From Mobula hypostoma (lineage: Eukaryota), in contig NC_086097.1 of NCBI RefSeq assembly GCF_963921235.1, forward strand, positions 137,580,001-137,644,000: DNA of 64,000 nt, read 5' to 3'. The translations under genes and the position numbers were made by a program. Positions 36,213-50,229 of this stretch are shown in pieces. Positions within the stretch are counted from its first letter, which is position 1. The number at the start of each line of letters is the position of its first letter. Under the pieces are notes generated by a model. That model did not search any database. It was not told the DNA's origin and saw only the letters and a program-made list of their open reading frames with translations.

Positions 36213-39200
36213 TATAATACTTAAGTATTTTTTATTTAAAAGGAAGGTGGCAGATTAGGCCTTGTATTCTGAGTTTTTATTTCTCTCTTACGGGGTCAGA
36301 GAAATGGCTACTGAACTAAGGCCAAATGGACTCCAGCCGCTTTAAAGCTGCTATTCACATTTTGTTCTGAAGGTTCAGCTAGGACAACTTCACCGTGAAT
36401 TTCAAGTAAAGCAAAATATGAGTTCTGCTGGATCATTTTCTACCCCATTTTATGGCTGAAATCTTCTGTTGATTGACATCAAAGTCCAAAGTGAATAGAG
36501 TGTGTTAGTATACTTCAGTTCTGGCCTCTTGCAGACTCAAGATAGGTATGACTTGCCTTACTGTTAAAACTGCATCATGGGACCACCTGTGGGAGGAACA
36601 GTCTGGGTTTAACATCTCACCTGAAGGATGGCACTTTTGGTAGAGTAACGCTATCTCAGAATTGGAATGTCAGCCTAGATTTTTGTGTTCAAGAATCTAA
36701 CTAGGGCGGTCTTTTCACTCAACACAAGTCAGACAAGCAACAAAAACCTGACAGGTTTCAGGAAGGAAATCTGCCATCTGAATTCTGATGAGGCCTGCGT
36801 GTGAGAGAACCTTTAACAGATGTACCAGAATGTCAGTTACCCAATCTGTCATCCAATTTCCTAAAAGTAAAATAGCTCTGACAGGGAACTGTGGTTACAG
36901 AAGCAAGGTGTGATTGGTTACTGTCAGCTTCTGTGGAAATGACTGTCAAGGGGGCGGACAGAAGACGTGGATACTTTGGCATCTACAGTAAAAATCCGAA
37001 GATGGCCGGAGACCATTACCCTAATGAGTGTGTATTGTGCACACGGCACTCCAGATGAAGGCTTGTTGGTGCCAGCTTTGGTAGCAACCTCGGGGTAAGG
37101 TCACCCAGAATTAAGCTCAAGGAAAGGCATAGACATAGAGTGGGTTGGTGGTGGTTGTCTCAATAGGTGCCTCTAGTCAGCTTGGGCTGGTGGTGAAGTA
37201 AGCAGATGGAATGTTGGATGGGTAACCAGGATTAGAATCTGGGTTTGGCTCATCTTTACTGTCACTTCAGTGGCTGAGGGAAGTTGTTGGAAATGGAGTT
37301 CTCCATCAGGGATTTACCGGATTGAGGTTTCCAGGGATGCGGGGGGTGGTGGCTGTGGGGGTCGGAGCCTGAGCTCTACAATTTGAGGGTTGGGCCTGAG
37401 CTAATTAAATTCACCTGGGGTGATTGGTGGGACAGGATTGCTACTATTAAGAGCTATTTAAAGAATAACAGGTAAATATGCAACTTAACTGAAAAGCAAA
37501 AAAACATTTTCAATCACGCAGTTATGAACCAAATAGAGTAACACAATTGAATTGCTATGCTTAAATGTGCCTTCCCATTTTGCAGAGACAGGAAAAAAGA
37601 AGCTGGATGAAGATTACACTTCAACTCTTAATGGAAATGGATAATTGTCTATATGCAGGAGTCGTAGTCGAGACCTTGAGTGCATAAACATTTGATTGAA
37701 AGATAATAATGAGGGAACATTTTGGTCCTTGGTTCAAATATTCCACTTCTCAAAGGGTAGGGTGTGGAAACTGACCTGGTGCTCAGACAGGAGTTCACCC
37801 AGTAACTAATAAGCTTTGTTCATCATGGGGGCTTCCTTTTCTGTGGATCAAGGAACTGGATCTTCTGCTGATCAAAAACAAATGATAATGCCTCAATGGA
37901 AAAGTCCTTAAATCTGAGGGCTGAGTCTTGATGAAACCTCAAGCTTGTACATCGCAGAGATCGATATGATTACAAACGGAGAGAAGCTGCAGCTGTCCGT
38001 TTGGTTTTCAGCAAATCCTGAAGCTTAGGAGCAGATCTATTCAACCCCTTGGGTCTTTCCTGTCATTCAATGAGATCATGGGATGATTGCGTGCATGCAG
38101 ATGCCTTGGTTTTATGTCCTCACAAGCTTTACTCAACAAAATCTACCTACCTTCGTTTTGAAAATTGTAATTGAGCCTCAATCACAGCATTCTTCAGGGA
38201 AGAGATCCAGATTTTCACTCCTTTTGGGTGAAAAATTGCTCCTTGACATCACTCCTGGATGACCATGGTCTAATTTTAATGTCTGGTCCCCACCCGAGGA
38301 AAGAGCTCCTCTCTGTCCCTTGTTGAATTATTTAATCATCTTAAGCACTTTAATCAGGTCATCCCTTAATCTTCGGCACATGAGGGAATATCAACCTATT
38401 CTGTGCAAACTGTGCTCAGAATTTAACCCTCTTCGTGTATTTCTTTCAGTAAAATGTTTATTTGCTAGTTTTTGTAGCTAGTAGAGCTTCGGCCTTACAG
38501 GACCTGTGACTCGGGTTCAATCCAGATCTCTAGTGTTGAGCCTGCACCGAACACATGGGTTTGTTCTGATAGCTACCCAAAGACAGGTGGCTCAATAGGT
38601 TAATTGTTTACTGAAAATTGTCCCTACTGTGTAGCCAAGTGGAAGAATTTTGGAGGATAAAATGGGGTGAGTGTAAATGGATGGTAGATAGTAGGCAGTG
38701 ATCTGGTGGGCTGGAAGCCTTGTTTCAGTATCGTACAACTCTAAGGCTTGGCTCTATGAGAATGAGATTGAGAGACAAGGCTGCTGGATTCAATGAGGGG
38801 TCAAATGCTGGGGCTTTGACTTGAAACGTCAATTAGAAATGCAGTTTGTACTGGATGTTCCAGTCCCAGTTTTCCAGGGTCGGAGAGGATGAACATGATC
38901 CTGAAGGGAACAAGCAGAGATTCCTCAAACAGAGTCAGGTGTTGATTATATTCAGTAGAACTAAACTATCAATCACCTAATAACATCCCTTCACCAATCT
39001 TGGCCCCTATGGAACCCTCACTAGCTGGATGTCTGCTGAGATTCAGATGATTTGTCACATCTGGAAATCTTTTGACACATGTAGCTCACCCACACAATGC
39101 AGAAATACAAACATTTGTATTTAGCCATGGACACTGCCAAAATCCTGTCTTCCTAGCATCCAAATTCTAGGTGGAGAGGGAGAAGGTCACCCACACTCTG

Positions 39201-39373
39201 ATGACACTAAGCTCTACCTCTTAAATATTTTTTTCCTCTTCCACTACTATGGTATCCAACATCTGGGCTTGGATGATGTTTAACCCTAACTCCATTAATG
39301 CACATAAAATCAGTGCTGTCATCTTTGGCTCCCAACATCAACACCAAGTTCCGACTCTGGGACAGGTTTGCTT

Positions 39374-40166
39374 AATCAGTGACACTTTATTAGGGTCAGG
39401 AGTGGGCACCATGGTAAGGTAACGATTTACGTGGCACTATTACAGCTCGGGGCATGCCGGAGTTCAACTCCAGTGGCATCCTGTAAGGAATCTCTGTACA
39501 TCCTCCCCATTGAATGCATGAGGTTTCTCCAATTTCCCCCCCACAATCCAGGCGGGTTAATTGGTCATTGTAAATTGTCCCATGATTAGGTCAGAGTTGA
39601 TTGGGTTTGCTGGGGGTTGCCAAGGCAACGTGCCTTGAAAGGCCGGAAGGGCTATATTTCTAAATAAGAAGATAAAAACCTGGTGTGCTCTTCTGCTGCA
39701 GTAGTCTATCCACTGCAAGTTTGTCATGTTCTGCAGTCAGAGATGCTCTTCTGCACACCTCTGTTGCAACACATGGTTATTTGAGTTACTGTCGCATTCC
39801 AGTCATTTTAAACCAGTCTGGCCGTTCTCCTCTGACCTCTCTCATTAACAAGGCATTTTTGCCCCAAGAACCACCACTCAATGGAGGTTTTTTTTGTGCC
39901 ATCCTCTGTAAACTCTAGAGACTGTTGTGTATGAAAATCTCGGAGATCAGCAGTTTCTAAGATACTCAAACTACCTCATCTGGTGCCAACCATCATCCAA
40001 CAGTCAAAGTCATTTAGATCACATTTCTTTTCCCCCACTCTGATGTTAACAACCAAGCCACTTGACCAAGTCTGCATGTGCTTACGCACTGAATTGCTGC
40101 CATGTGATTGGCTAATTAGATATTTGCATTAACGAGCAGGGGCACAGGTAAAGTAGCCACTGGGTG
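39374..40166 (-). mobile_element. Second copy of the same Tc1-like element, with a V-SINE (~39403-39670) inserted
   Basis: tcagtgacactttattagg ... aaagtagccactgggtg|TA. Internal sequence is the reverse complement of 35690-36130. Confidence 0.85.
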
Positions 40167-41818
40167 TATGATTGGTGAATCAATTATCAACTTAAATATA
40201 GAAAGGTCCTTGCAATACCAATGTGATAATGTTGGAGAAGTCTTTGTAACATATCTAATTATTCAGCACAGCTCTGTGATGTTACTGGATACTTTATATC
40301 CACCTTAGAAAACCAGTTGGCACTCGAACAATACAGCACTTAGTCAGTAGTGCTTTAAAGCATCAGCCTAAATGTTTGCATTTAAGTCTCTTCAATGAGA
40401 CCCGAATTCAAAGCACTATGACTTGGAGGTTGGACAGGATTCAATTAAAGGCCTCTCAAACTTTCCAAGAGTATATTGTCCGAAGAGGCCACATGAGTGA
40501 CTATGCCTTGCACATAAATAGTACTAACACTACTAATGTGTAGTGTAGGTGATACTTTGACTTTATTTATTGTGTGTATATTTACGAATAAAGTCTTTTG
40601 TTGAAATTTTCAAAAATCATTGAACTCGTGATTGATCAATGACAAACATAAGGTGTTATTAAGCTCCAACTTTATTCAAGTGAAAAGTTTTACAGGTGTC
40701 TGAAGGCAGAGGTCCATAACTGTGGAGTATGCAGCAAATGCAGAAGACACAGCAACTCTCTTATAGCCATGACGCATGTTTTCTTTAGTGCTGTGAAAGT
40801 CAACAGTAGTCGACAGAGAGTCAAAGATGGGGTTGAACTTGTAAACTAAGGAAAGAAAGTTAAAAACAAACTCTGCTCAGGGCCAAGAAATTTATTTCCT
40901 TGCACCCTACATTGTCCCAAGGATACACTTGATCAGGCCCCTGGGATTTATTTAACTTTACATGCCTCAAGACTGCATACACCTTTTCTCTAGTAATATC
41001 AATACGTTTCCAAACACCATTGATTTAGAGTCATAGAGAAAAACAGTACAGAAACAGGCCCTTCAGCCAATCTAGCCCATGATGAAACCATTTAAACTGC
41101 CCACTCCCAACGACCCGCAGCTAGACCATAGCTCTCCACATTCCTACTAAACATGTGCCTATCCAAACTTCTCTTAAACGCTGAAATTGAGCTCGCATGG
41201 ACCACGTGCTGGCAGTTCTTTCCACACTCTCACGACCCTTCGAGTGAAGAAGTTTCTCCTCACGTTCCCCTTACACTTTTCACCTTTCACCCTTAAGCCA
41301 TGACCTCTGGTTGTAGTCCCACCCAACCTCAGTGGAAAAAGCCTGCTTGTATTTATCCTATCTATACCCTTAATAATTTTGTATACCTCTATCAAGTGTC
41401 TCTCAATCTTCTATGTTCTAAAGAAACATTCCTAACCTATTCAATCTTTTTATATAACTCAGGTCCTCCAGGTCCTTGTAAATTTTTTCTGCACTCTTTC
41501 AACCTTATCTACATCTTTCCTGTAGGTAGGTGACCAAAACTACACACAATACTCCAAATTAGGCCTCACTAATGTCTTATACAACTTTAACATATCGTGT
41601 CAACTCCTGAACTCTATACATTGAACTATGAAGGTCAATGTGCCAAAACTTTTCTTTATGACCCTATCTACCTGTGACACCACTTTGAATGAATTATGGA
41701 CCTGTATTCCCAGATCCCTTTGTTCTACCACATTCCTCAGTGCCCTACCATTCACCATGCAAGACCAACCCTAGTTGGACCTACCGAAATGCAAATTCTC
41801 GCACTTCTCTGCATTAAA

Positions 41819-42668
41819 TGTGCGAAGACAATAACCTATCCCTCAACGTCAGCAAGACGAGGGAATTGGTTGTTGACTTCAGAAGGAGTAGTGGACCACA
41901 CAACCCAATTTATTTCGGTGGTATGCAAGTGGAACAGGTCAAAAGCTTTAAGTTCCTCGGGGTCAGTATCACAAATGACCTGACTTGGTCCAGCCAAGCA
42001 GAGTTCACTGCCAAGAAGGCCCACCAGCACCTTTACTTCCTGAGAAAACTAAAGAAATTTGGCCTGTCCCCTAAAACCCTCATTAATTTTTATAGATGTA
42101 CCATAGAAAGCATTCTTCTAGGGTGCATCACAACCTGGTATGGAAGTTGTCCTGTCCAAGACCGAAAGAAGCTGCAGAAGATCGTGAACACAGCGCAGCA
42201 CATCACACAAACCCATCTTCCATCCTTGGACTCACTTTACACCGCATGCTGTCGGAGCAGTGCTGCCAGGATAATCAAGGACACAACCCACCCAGCCAGC
42301 ACACTTTTCATCCCTTTTCCCTCCAGGAGAAGGCTCAGGAGCTTGAAGACTCATATGGCCAGATTTGGGAACAGCTTCTTTCCAACTGTGATAAGACTGC
42401 TGAACGGATCCTGACCCGGATCTGGGCCGTACCCTCCAAATATCCGGACCTGCCTCTCGGTTTTTTTGCACTACCTTACTTTCCATTCTTCTATTTTCTA
42501 TTTATGAATTATAATTTAAATTTTTAATATTTACTAATTTTTACTATTTTTAATATTTTTAATATTTAATATTTGTAATCCAGGGAGAGGGAAGCGCAGA
42601 ATCAAATATTGCTGTGATGATTGTACGTTCTAGTATTGTTTGGCAACAATAAAGTATAAAGTATAAGT
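41819..42668 (+). mobile_element. Young Rex1/Babar-type LINE 3' fragment (frame open to 42414)
   Basis: NNLSLNVSKTRELVVDFRR...FKFLG...KAHQHLYFLRKL...NSFFPTVIRLLN. Tail aataaagtataaagtataag. Confidence 0.92.
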
Positions 42669-43809
42669 TCCATTTGCCATTTTTCAGCCGATGCAGATCC
42701 CTCTTCAGGCCATGATAGCCTTCCTCTTCCTCACTGTCCACTAGACCCCCAATCTTGGTGCCATCTGCAAATATGCTGATCCAGTTAACCACATTATCAT
42801 CCAGATCATTGATGGAGATGACAAACAACAGACCTAGCACTGATCCTTACAGCGCTCCACTAGTCATAGACCTCCAATTAGGGGCAACCATCTACTACCA
42901 CTCTCTGGCTTCTCCCACAAAGCTGATATCTAATCCAATTTAGTACTTCATCCTGAATGCTGAGCGACTGAACTTTCATCCATCCTCCCATGTGGGACCT
43001 TGTCAAATGCCTTGATAAAGACCAAGCAGGCAATATCCACTGCCTTGCCTTCATCCACTTTCCCGGTAACTTCCTCAAAAAACTGTGTAAGATTAGTTAG
43101 ACATGACCTACCATGCACGAAGCCATGCTAACTATCCTTAATGAGTCCATGTCTACCCAAACACTTACAGTATACATCCAGTTCCTTAGAATACCTTGCA
43201 ATAACTTTTCCACAACTGATGTCAAACTCACTGGCCAATAATTTCCTGGTTTCTGTATAGAACTTTTTTTTAAACACCAGAACAACTTTGGCTATTCACC
43301 AATCCTGTGGTACCTCTCCTGTTGCTAAGGATGTTTTAAATATCTCTGCTAGGGTCCCGGCAATTTCTGCACTTGTCTGCCACTTTGTCAGGCCCTGGGG
43401 ATTTATCCACCCTGATTTGCCTCAGGGTAGCAAACATCTCCTCCCCTGTAATCTCTACAAGGTCCATGAAGTTAATGACACTTTGCCTTGCTTATATAGA
43501 TTCCGTATCCATCTCCCGAGTAAATACAGATGCAAAGAATGCATTTAAGTTCTCCCTCATCTGTTTTGGCTCTACACATGGATTACCATTCTGGCCAGCT
43601 AGAGGACCAATTTTGTCCCTAGCAATCCTTTTGCTCTTTAACATACCTGTAGAATCCTTTAGGATTCTTCTTCCCATTGTCTGCTGGAGCAGCTTCATGC
43701 CTTCATGTTTTCTTTCCCAAATTCCATAGCGTCTATGAACTTCTTCACGGTAAATACAAATGAGAAGTATCCATTCAAGGCTTTGCTCAGTTCTTATGGA
43801 GCCCATACT

Positions 43810-44601
43810 TGTCATGGTCCGGATCAGGGTCCCTTTAAATTTACCTTGTTTATGTTACGATCCAGACCGTTGATTCCCTGTTTTCCCATGCCCCCGCCTG
43901 CACTTCGGTCTAGTTCCATCACCAGAGCTAGATAGGTACTGTCTGGTGTTCATTCGTGTTGGTCTTGTCTTGTCTGGGTCCTCGCCTCCGTGGGGTAAGT
44001 CTGGCTGTCTTGCTGTTGCCCCGCGGGTAGTCATGTCTTGTCTTGTCTTGTCCTTGCCTCCATGGGGTAAGTCTGGCCGTCTTGCCGTTGCCCCGCGGAG
44101 GGTCATGAGTCCCAGCCCTATGTCCTGTACCCAAGGCGGGGTCCCAGCTCTCTGTTCTGTGTGTGACTCCCGGCCCTATGTCCTGTACCCAAGGAGGGGT
44201 CCTGACTCTGTGTTCTGTGTATGTGTCCATGGTTCCATGTACCTGCTCTCCCGAGACCGAGGCTCTGTTTTCCTCCTCTCCCTAGCCCATGTCATATCCA
44301 TGCCTGGTTCTGGGGTCCGAGCCCGAGGCAAGACCCAGGTACTGGGTCCTTGCCCAGTCTCTGGCTCGGAGTCCGTACCCTAGCCTCTTCATGTCTCCTC
44401 TAGTTCTGGGAGCCGATTCCAGGTCCAAGCCCAGACCCTTGGTTCCAGCCTAGTCGTAGTCCTCAGTCCTTGTCCAGTTCGCTACTCCTACTCCTGCCTA
44501 GCTCTCCTGATATCGAACAATAAACTAAATTTAATTAACCTCACAAGATGTGTCTTGCATTTGGGTCCACCCTTGCTCCCAATGCCCCCACCACTGTGAC
44601 A
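43810..44601 (+). mobile_element. Solo LTR with perfect 5-bp TSD
   Basis: TGTCA...TGACA termini. ATACT at 43805-43809 and 44602-44606. AATAAA at ~44519, followed by tgcatttgggtcc. Confidence 0.88.
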
Positions 44602-45599
44602 ATACTCGTCCTTAAAGAAACCTATTTTCTCCCTGGCTACCTTTTCCCCCTCTTAATATAGAATCACTTAGGGTTCTCCTTCATTGTGTCTTCCAATTAG
44701 TCTCATGTTCCCTTTTTGCTCCTCCCTCCATCAATTTCCTGCAGACAGTACACCTACATCCCTTATGTTCAAAGGATTTGCTTGATCCCAGCTGCCTGTT
44801 CCTGGCATATGCCTCCTCCTTTTTCTCCATATTCCTTGTCAGCCCGGACTCTCCAGTTCTGCCAGCCTTGCCTGTATTATAACAGGAACATGTTGGCTCT
44901 GAATTCTCCCTGTCTCCCTTTTGATAGTCTCCGTTTGCCAGGCATCCCTATGCCTCTTTGGAGCTTCCTGTCTAATGTCACTAACATTAAACTTGCCTTG
45001 ATTTAGGACTTCAACTTGTGGACCAGTCTTAACTATTTTTAAACTAATAGAATTATAGTTACTGGCCCAAAAGAGATCCCCCATGCCACTTAGCTAGAGA
45101 GGAGGTTGTGTTGCCCCTCTCTAGCAGGGCCATTTACATATTGCTGAGAAAGCTTCCCTGGACACCCCTATCAAATTCTGCCTCATTTAACCCCTTTGCA
45201 CTATGGCAGTCCCAGTCAATATTAGGTGAGTTCAAATCACCTATATTACAACTACATTATTCATGAAGTTACCTGCAATCTCCTTACATATTTGATCCTT
45301 GAGTTCCCGCTGACTATTTTTTGGGGGCCATTCACGTCCTTCCTATTCCTCAATTCCATCTACTTAGCCTCACTGGACATTTTCAGAGGAATATGCTGAC
45401 TACTGCTGTATTATTCTCCGTAATCAGAAAACAACTTCCATCTCATCTCTATCTTTCCAGTCCAGACTGAGCTTGACCTGAAACATCAACTGTTCATTTC
45501 CCTCCATAGTTGTGGCCTAACACCGAGTTTCTCCAGTGCTTTTAGTGTGTTCCTCGGTCTCTTTAATTTCCACCCACATCTGTACACCAAAATAGGTGA

Positions 45600-46900
45600 T
45601 TATAAGCCAAAAGAGAAAAAGACGGCTCAATTGAGTATGAAGCTAAAAGAGATGGGTGAGATCTGAATTTTTTTGTTTGCACCTGTATTTACTCAGGAGA
45701 CAGACACTGTGTCAATATAACTGAGGCAAAAGAGCAGTGAGGTCATAGACAGTATCTGGGTTATGGAAAAGGAAGTGCTTCCTGTCCTGAGGTGAATTAG
45801 TTTGGATCAATCCTCATGTCTTGATGAGGTATCCCCTCAGACCTTTTGGGAAGCTGGTGCAGAAATTATATGGGTCCTGCCAGAGATATATTGAGTGTGA
45901 GGTGCTGGAGTACTGGAGGGTAGCTAATGTTGTTCCATTGTTTAAGAGAGGCAGTAGAAAAAAGCTGGGAACTTATAGGCTGATGAGCCTAATGTCAGTT
46001 GTGGGAAAATTATTGGAAGGTATTCTGAGGGGAAGAATATATAAGTATTTGGATTGGCAAAACCTGATTAATGATTGTCGACATAGCTTTGAGCATGGCA
46101 AATCAACCTCAGAGAGTTTTACAGGAGGTTACCAAGAAGGTCGTGAAAGGAAAGGTGGAGGACGTTGTCTACATTGACTTCAGCAAGGCCTTTGACAAGT
46201 GTGAGGTCTTGCATTTTGGGAGGACAAACCAGGGTAAGACTTGCACAAAGAAAGAGTCCTGAGGAATGCAGCTGGATTTTTTATTGCAGTCAAAATTTTA
46301 ATTCCTTGCAAGTAGCGCCACAGGTAGATAGGATTGGAAAGGGAGCTTTTAGCACAATAGGCTTCATAAATCAGGGCACTGAGTACTGGAGCTGGGATGT
46401 TATGTTGAAGTTATATAAGATGGTGGTGAGGCCAAATTTGAAAGATTATGTGCAGTTCTGATCGTCTACCTGCAGGAAAGATACCAATAAACTCGAGTGA
46501 GTGCAGAGAAAATTTACAAGCATGTTGCCTTTCCAAATGCAGATTGATTCTGTCTCTTATGATCCCTTCCAACAACTTTCCCACCAGCAGTGTAAGATCA
46601 CTGGTTTGTAGTTACCTGGCTTAGCTCAGCTGCCCTACAAAGGTAGAATGGTAGTCCTTTGGTACCTTACCTGCATTTAAAGAAGTAATAGAAATCTTTG
46701 CCAGGGCCCCAGCAATCTCCTTGCTTCCCATTATATCTTAGGATGTTATAAACCTGTTCAGGCTCTGAGGATTTATCTATCTTTGTGTGTTTCAGGACCT
46801 CCAACTGTTCCTCCTTTGCTTGATCTGCACCAGAATATCCCTGTTCCCTACCCTGAACCCACTAGATTCCAGATCCTTCTCCATGATAAATACAGACTAA
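45600..46900. mobile_element. Decayed CR1 fragments (plus to ~46530, minus after)
   Basis: WRVANVVPLFKRG...YRLMSLMSVVGKLLE, and IDFSKAFDK joined to CEVLHFG (internal deletion). Confidence 0.8.
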
Positions 46901-47412
46901 GCATAAAATTGTTCACTGTATCTTCATCCTCAACTTTTAAATGTGCTGGTACGCACTACTGGATCTGTTAGCTATTCAAGGCATGGATGCAAATTGGACC
47001 TTGCATCTCCATATCTTAATTTTGCAATGAAATGCGCAGAGTGAGATGGCTTCTTCCTGAATCACAATGAAGCTCCATACTCTTTGATCTCCACGTATTG
47101 GGCTGACAGCGCACTTGTCCATTAAACTTCCTGCTTCCTTCCCAACGCAACACACCTGAGGCATAATGGAGATGTGCACTCTCCACAGTGTTTTTATATG
47201 GAAACTTCCTTCTCCTATGTTAGTTGCAGCAGAACTTCCGAAGGATCTCTGCGACAAAGGATGGAGTTACAGAGAACCTGAAGACCAAACTGGCCATTCA
47301 GCCCAAATGGTTTGTGCTGGTGTTTATGCTTCATATGTCAGTCCTTCACACTCCCTGTCATTCCAATCCACCTTCCCCCAGCATGAGAATTTACAGTTAT
47401 CTCATGAATTCA

Positions 47413-47795
47413 ATAGACAATAGACAATAGGTGCAGGAGTAGGCCATTCGGCCCTTCGAGCCAGCACCGCCATTCACTGTGATCATGGCTGATCATCCAC
47501 AATCAGTATCCAGTTTCTGCCTTATCCCCATAACCTCTGATTCCGCTATCTTTAAGAGCTCTATCCATCTCTTTCTTGAAAGCATCCAGAGACTTGGCCT
47601 CCACTGCCTTCTAGGACAGAGCATTCCATATATCCACCACTCTCTGAGTGGAAAAGTTTTTCCTCAACTCCGTTCTAAATGGCCTAACCCTTATTCTTAA
47701 ACTGTGGCCTCTGGTTCTGGACTCACCCATCAGCAGGAACATGCTTCCTGCCTGCAGCGTGTCCAATCCCTTAATAATCTTATATGTTTCAATCC
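47413..47795 (-). mobile_element. Young CR1 3' fragment with 6-bp TSD
   Basis: Reverse tail (CAATAGA)n and peptide IETYKIIKG..RTRGHSL. AATTCA at 47407-47412 and 47796-47801. Confidence 0.9.
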
Positions 47796-48552
47796 AATTC
47801 ATTCCTGCTATTCACCTCAAATACTCATTAAATTTCCATTCTCATCACTCTCCCAGTAAGAAGTTACTCTTGAATTCAGGATTTGTGGATATATTAATTT
47901 ATTAGTAATTCTTTGTGGGGGTTGAATGCAGTTGTGAATGCCCCAGAAAGGGAAACAGCTTCCCCACTTACCCTATCAAGCCCTTATATCATAAGCTACT
48001 ATTGGATCACTCTCTAGCCCTCCATCACTGGCACTAGTTGTAACCTCTTGATTTTAATATCATCTTTGTAAATCTTCCACCTTTCTCAGTGTCTCTGTAT
48101 CTGGTCTGAAATATGGAGACCAGAGATGTGCACATTTGTGTTTTCCCCTGCTTTAAACAGAGGCTGCGGCTCTAACTGTTTTAAATCCTGAGATCACACA
48201 CGCACACCATCATATTCATATTTCTCATGTATTAGTCTTCCAAACCTTGTACAACTGATGCGAAGTGGCGTGATTAAAAAGCTAACCCTGCATTTTCTGG
48301 GAAAGGGAGGGGTAAATTGCTGGAAATTTTCAGAAATCAATTTGCAAGCCCTCCCATTCTGCTGTATCATGTTGGGTTTTTTTTTCCAAATGGGGGAGGT
48401 GAGCAATTCTAATCAGGTTGCTCATGGAATGACTTCAGATCAGAACCACTTACTAGAGAGGGTGATGTGCAGCTGGTTAACCTGCAATGAATGTATTCCG
48501 AGCCTGCTGGATACCCCCCTGCTATCACTGAGCTTGGTGCAGGCCAGCAGAT

Positions 48553-48688
48553 TATAAAATGCTCCTTGTGTCACTCTGAGCGCAGTACTGGGTGTAGCAA
48601 ACTCATCTCATTCTGCAGGCAGAGCTGCATGTAGTTCCTGATATCAGAAGATGCTGGCAAGAACATGTAGAGCAACACGCAGGTGAGT
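48553..48688 (+). promoter_or_regulatory. Candidate TATA-box promoter, ~100-nt first exon and splice donor
   Basis: TATAAAA at 48553-48559, a CA dinucleotide 30-31 nt downstream (48583-48584), and consensus donor CAG|GTGAGT at 48680-48688, all in repeat-poor sequence. Confidence 0.35.
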
Positions 48689-50229
48689 CTTATAATCAAA
48701 TGACTGGTCCAAGGCCACAAGGACATAGGTACAGTATTTTTTAGAAATTTTGGATTAAAATGCAATTTCACGACTGAATATTTTTCAAAGATTTTTTTTT
48801 ACTTTTCCCACACACTCTGCCCTCAATTAATCACAATGCTGTCGATCTGTACTTATTCATGTTGCTATTATTCATAATAGCCAAACCAAAACTGAGATTT
48901 ATCAAATTAGAATCACTATGGAATTTTTTAAAAAGCAGCCACGTTGTTTTAATTATTGTTGCATTATGAAAGCTAGCAGCTATTGTTATTGGGTAGCCAA
49001 TTGTTAAAACTGGTGAGCCTCAGAAATGAAATCTGAAATTGTAGTCGTACATGTAGGTCAAGAACGAAGAAATTCAGAAGTGTTTTCTATGCATCATCAG
49101 TTCAGTATGAGGCTCTGCAGACACTTCCCCTTGCTCTTTTGCACAACAGCATAAAATGCTGGGGATACACAGCAGACCAGTCAGCATCCGCAGAGGGATG
49201 AGACAAAAAAAAGAGATATTGGGTGTGTACCTGTTCATTACAGCTCCTTCTCGCACCATGCCCCACCCCATAATTCAAGATAGCTTTTCTCCCACAGTCT
49301 GACAAGTGCAGGCGAACAGTAACAAAATTAATTACGCACCGCAAGTGAAATGGCTGCAGCACTTGGGACATTTATCAGGATTGGCATATGTGATTCCTGT
49401 GTGGATAGTACATCTGCTGGGTTTCAATTGAGGTAGGGCGTCACAGGGAAAGTAGAATCGTGGACAGCTGCGGATACCTGTAGGCTTCCTTTGTGCTGTT
49501 TCTTTTTCTAGCTGCAGGAATGAGCTTGAGCCCGATACTCACCTACAGCAAAGTGAATGGCTATTCATTACCCAACCTATTTAAACGCTAAATGCTGGCA
49601 GTCTGAGTTTTTCCAGATTTCTCATCTCACGCATTGTGAAAGGAGGTTGCATCTCTGAGTGACAGTGCAATCATTTTCTTGCTTTTTTTTGGAAGAGGCT
49701 GCTACAGAAATATAACAAGGCAGATCCTTCCACGCCCCCCCCCCCACCCCGGCTTCTGACCAATATTTATTGCTCACTTTAGAAATCTGGTCATTATTTA
49801 ATTGCTGTTTATGATACTTTGTTGTGCACAGTCTGCTTTTTTTTACATTACAGCAGGATCTATCTGTCAAAAAGTACATCATTGGTTGTGAAAGGCCTTG
49901 TGACATCCAAAGACCTTCAAAGTGGTGTAGAAACGCAAGTCTCATGTCTTTTCTCTGATCTCTGCAGCAACTTTCTAGAGTGGCATCTCCCCTACTTCTA
50001 CATCTGGAGCTGGGTGACGTACTGACATGAGACACGAGTATTGAGGCAAAAAGGCACGAAGGTTTAGTTTTTCCAATATAGTTTGGAATTGCTAATTCAC
50101 TGTCAATCAATTTATTCATTCAGCCAAAAGAGCAGGAACAGCTGGTAATCAATCATTGGCATAAGAGGACATAGATAAAGCTAATGCACAAGTGACCCAC
50201 CCAGCTGGCATCACACCAGCCCAGACTGC

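Larger units (their letters stand above)
41028..45430 (-). mobile_element. Fragmented CR1 LINE(s) hosting a Rex1-type insertion and a solo LTR
   Basis: Antisense tail at ~41030. Minus-strand peptides IEVYKIIKG..TRGH, ISINDLDD..FADGTKIGG, GNYWPVSLTSVV, LNAFFASVFTRE and LGDLFWASNYNSI. Confidence 0.85.

Noticed and set aside
41818..42414. 198-aa ORF as a host gene (N-terminus resembles the DUF1891 segment often mis-annotated as ALKBH8-like)
   Set aside because: It is the C-terminus of a Rex1/Babar-type LINE ORF2. The ATG is created by the insertion junction, and homologous decayed copies lie at 6120, 19430 and 21100.
43855..44383. Overlapping ORFs with repeated peptides
   Set aside because: They arise from GC-rich tandem repeats within the solo LTR.
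45455..45545. Further hammerhead copies (also ~1380-1420, ~4100-4190, ~14520-14560, ~33400-33420)
   Set aside because: These are Penelope terminal remnants, but the CUGANGA and/or GAAA boxes and stems are too decayed to call as ribozymes.
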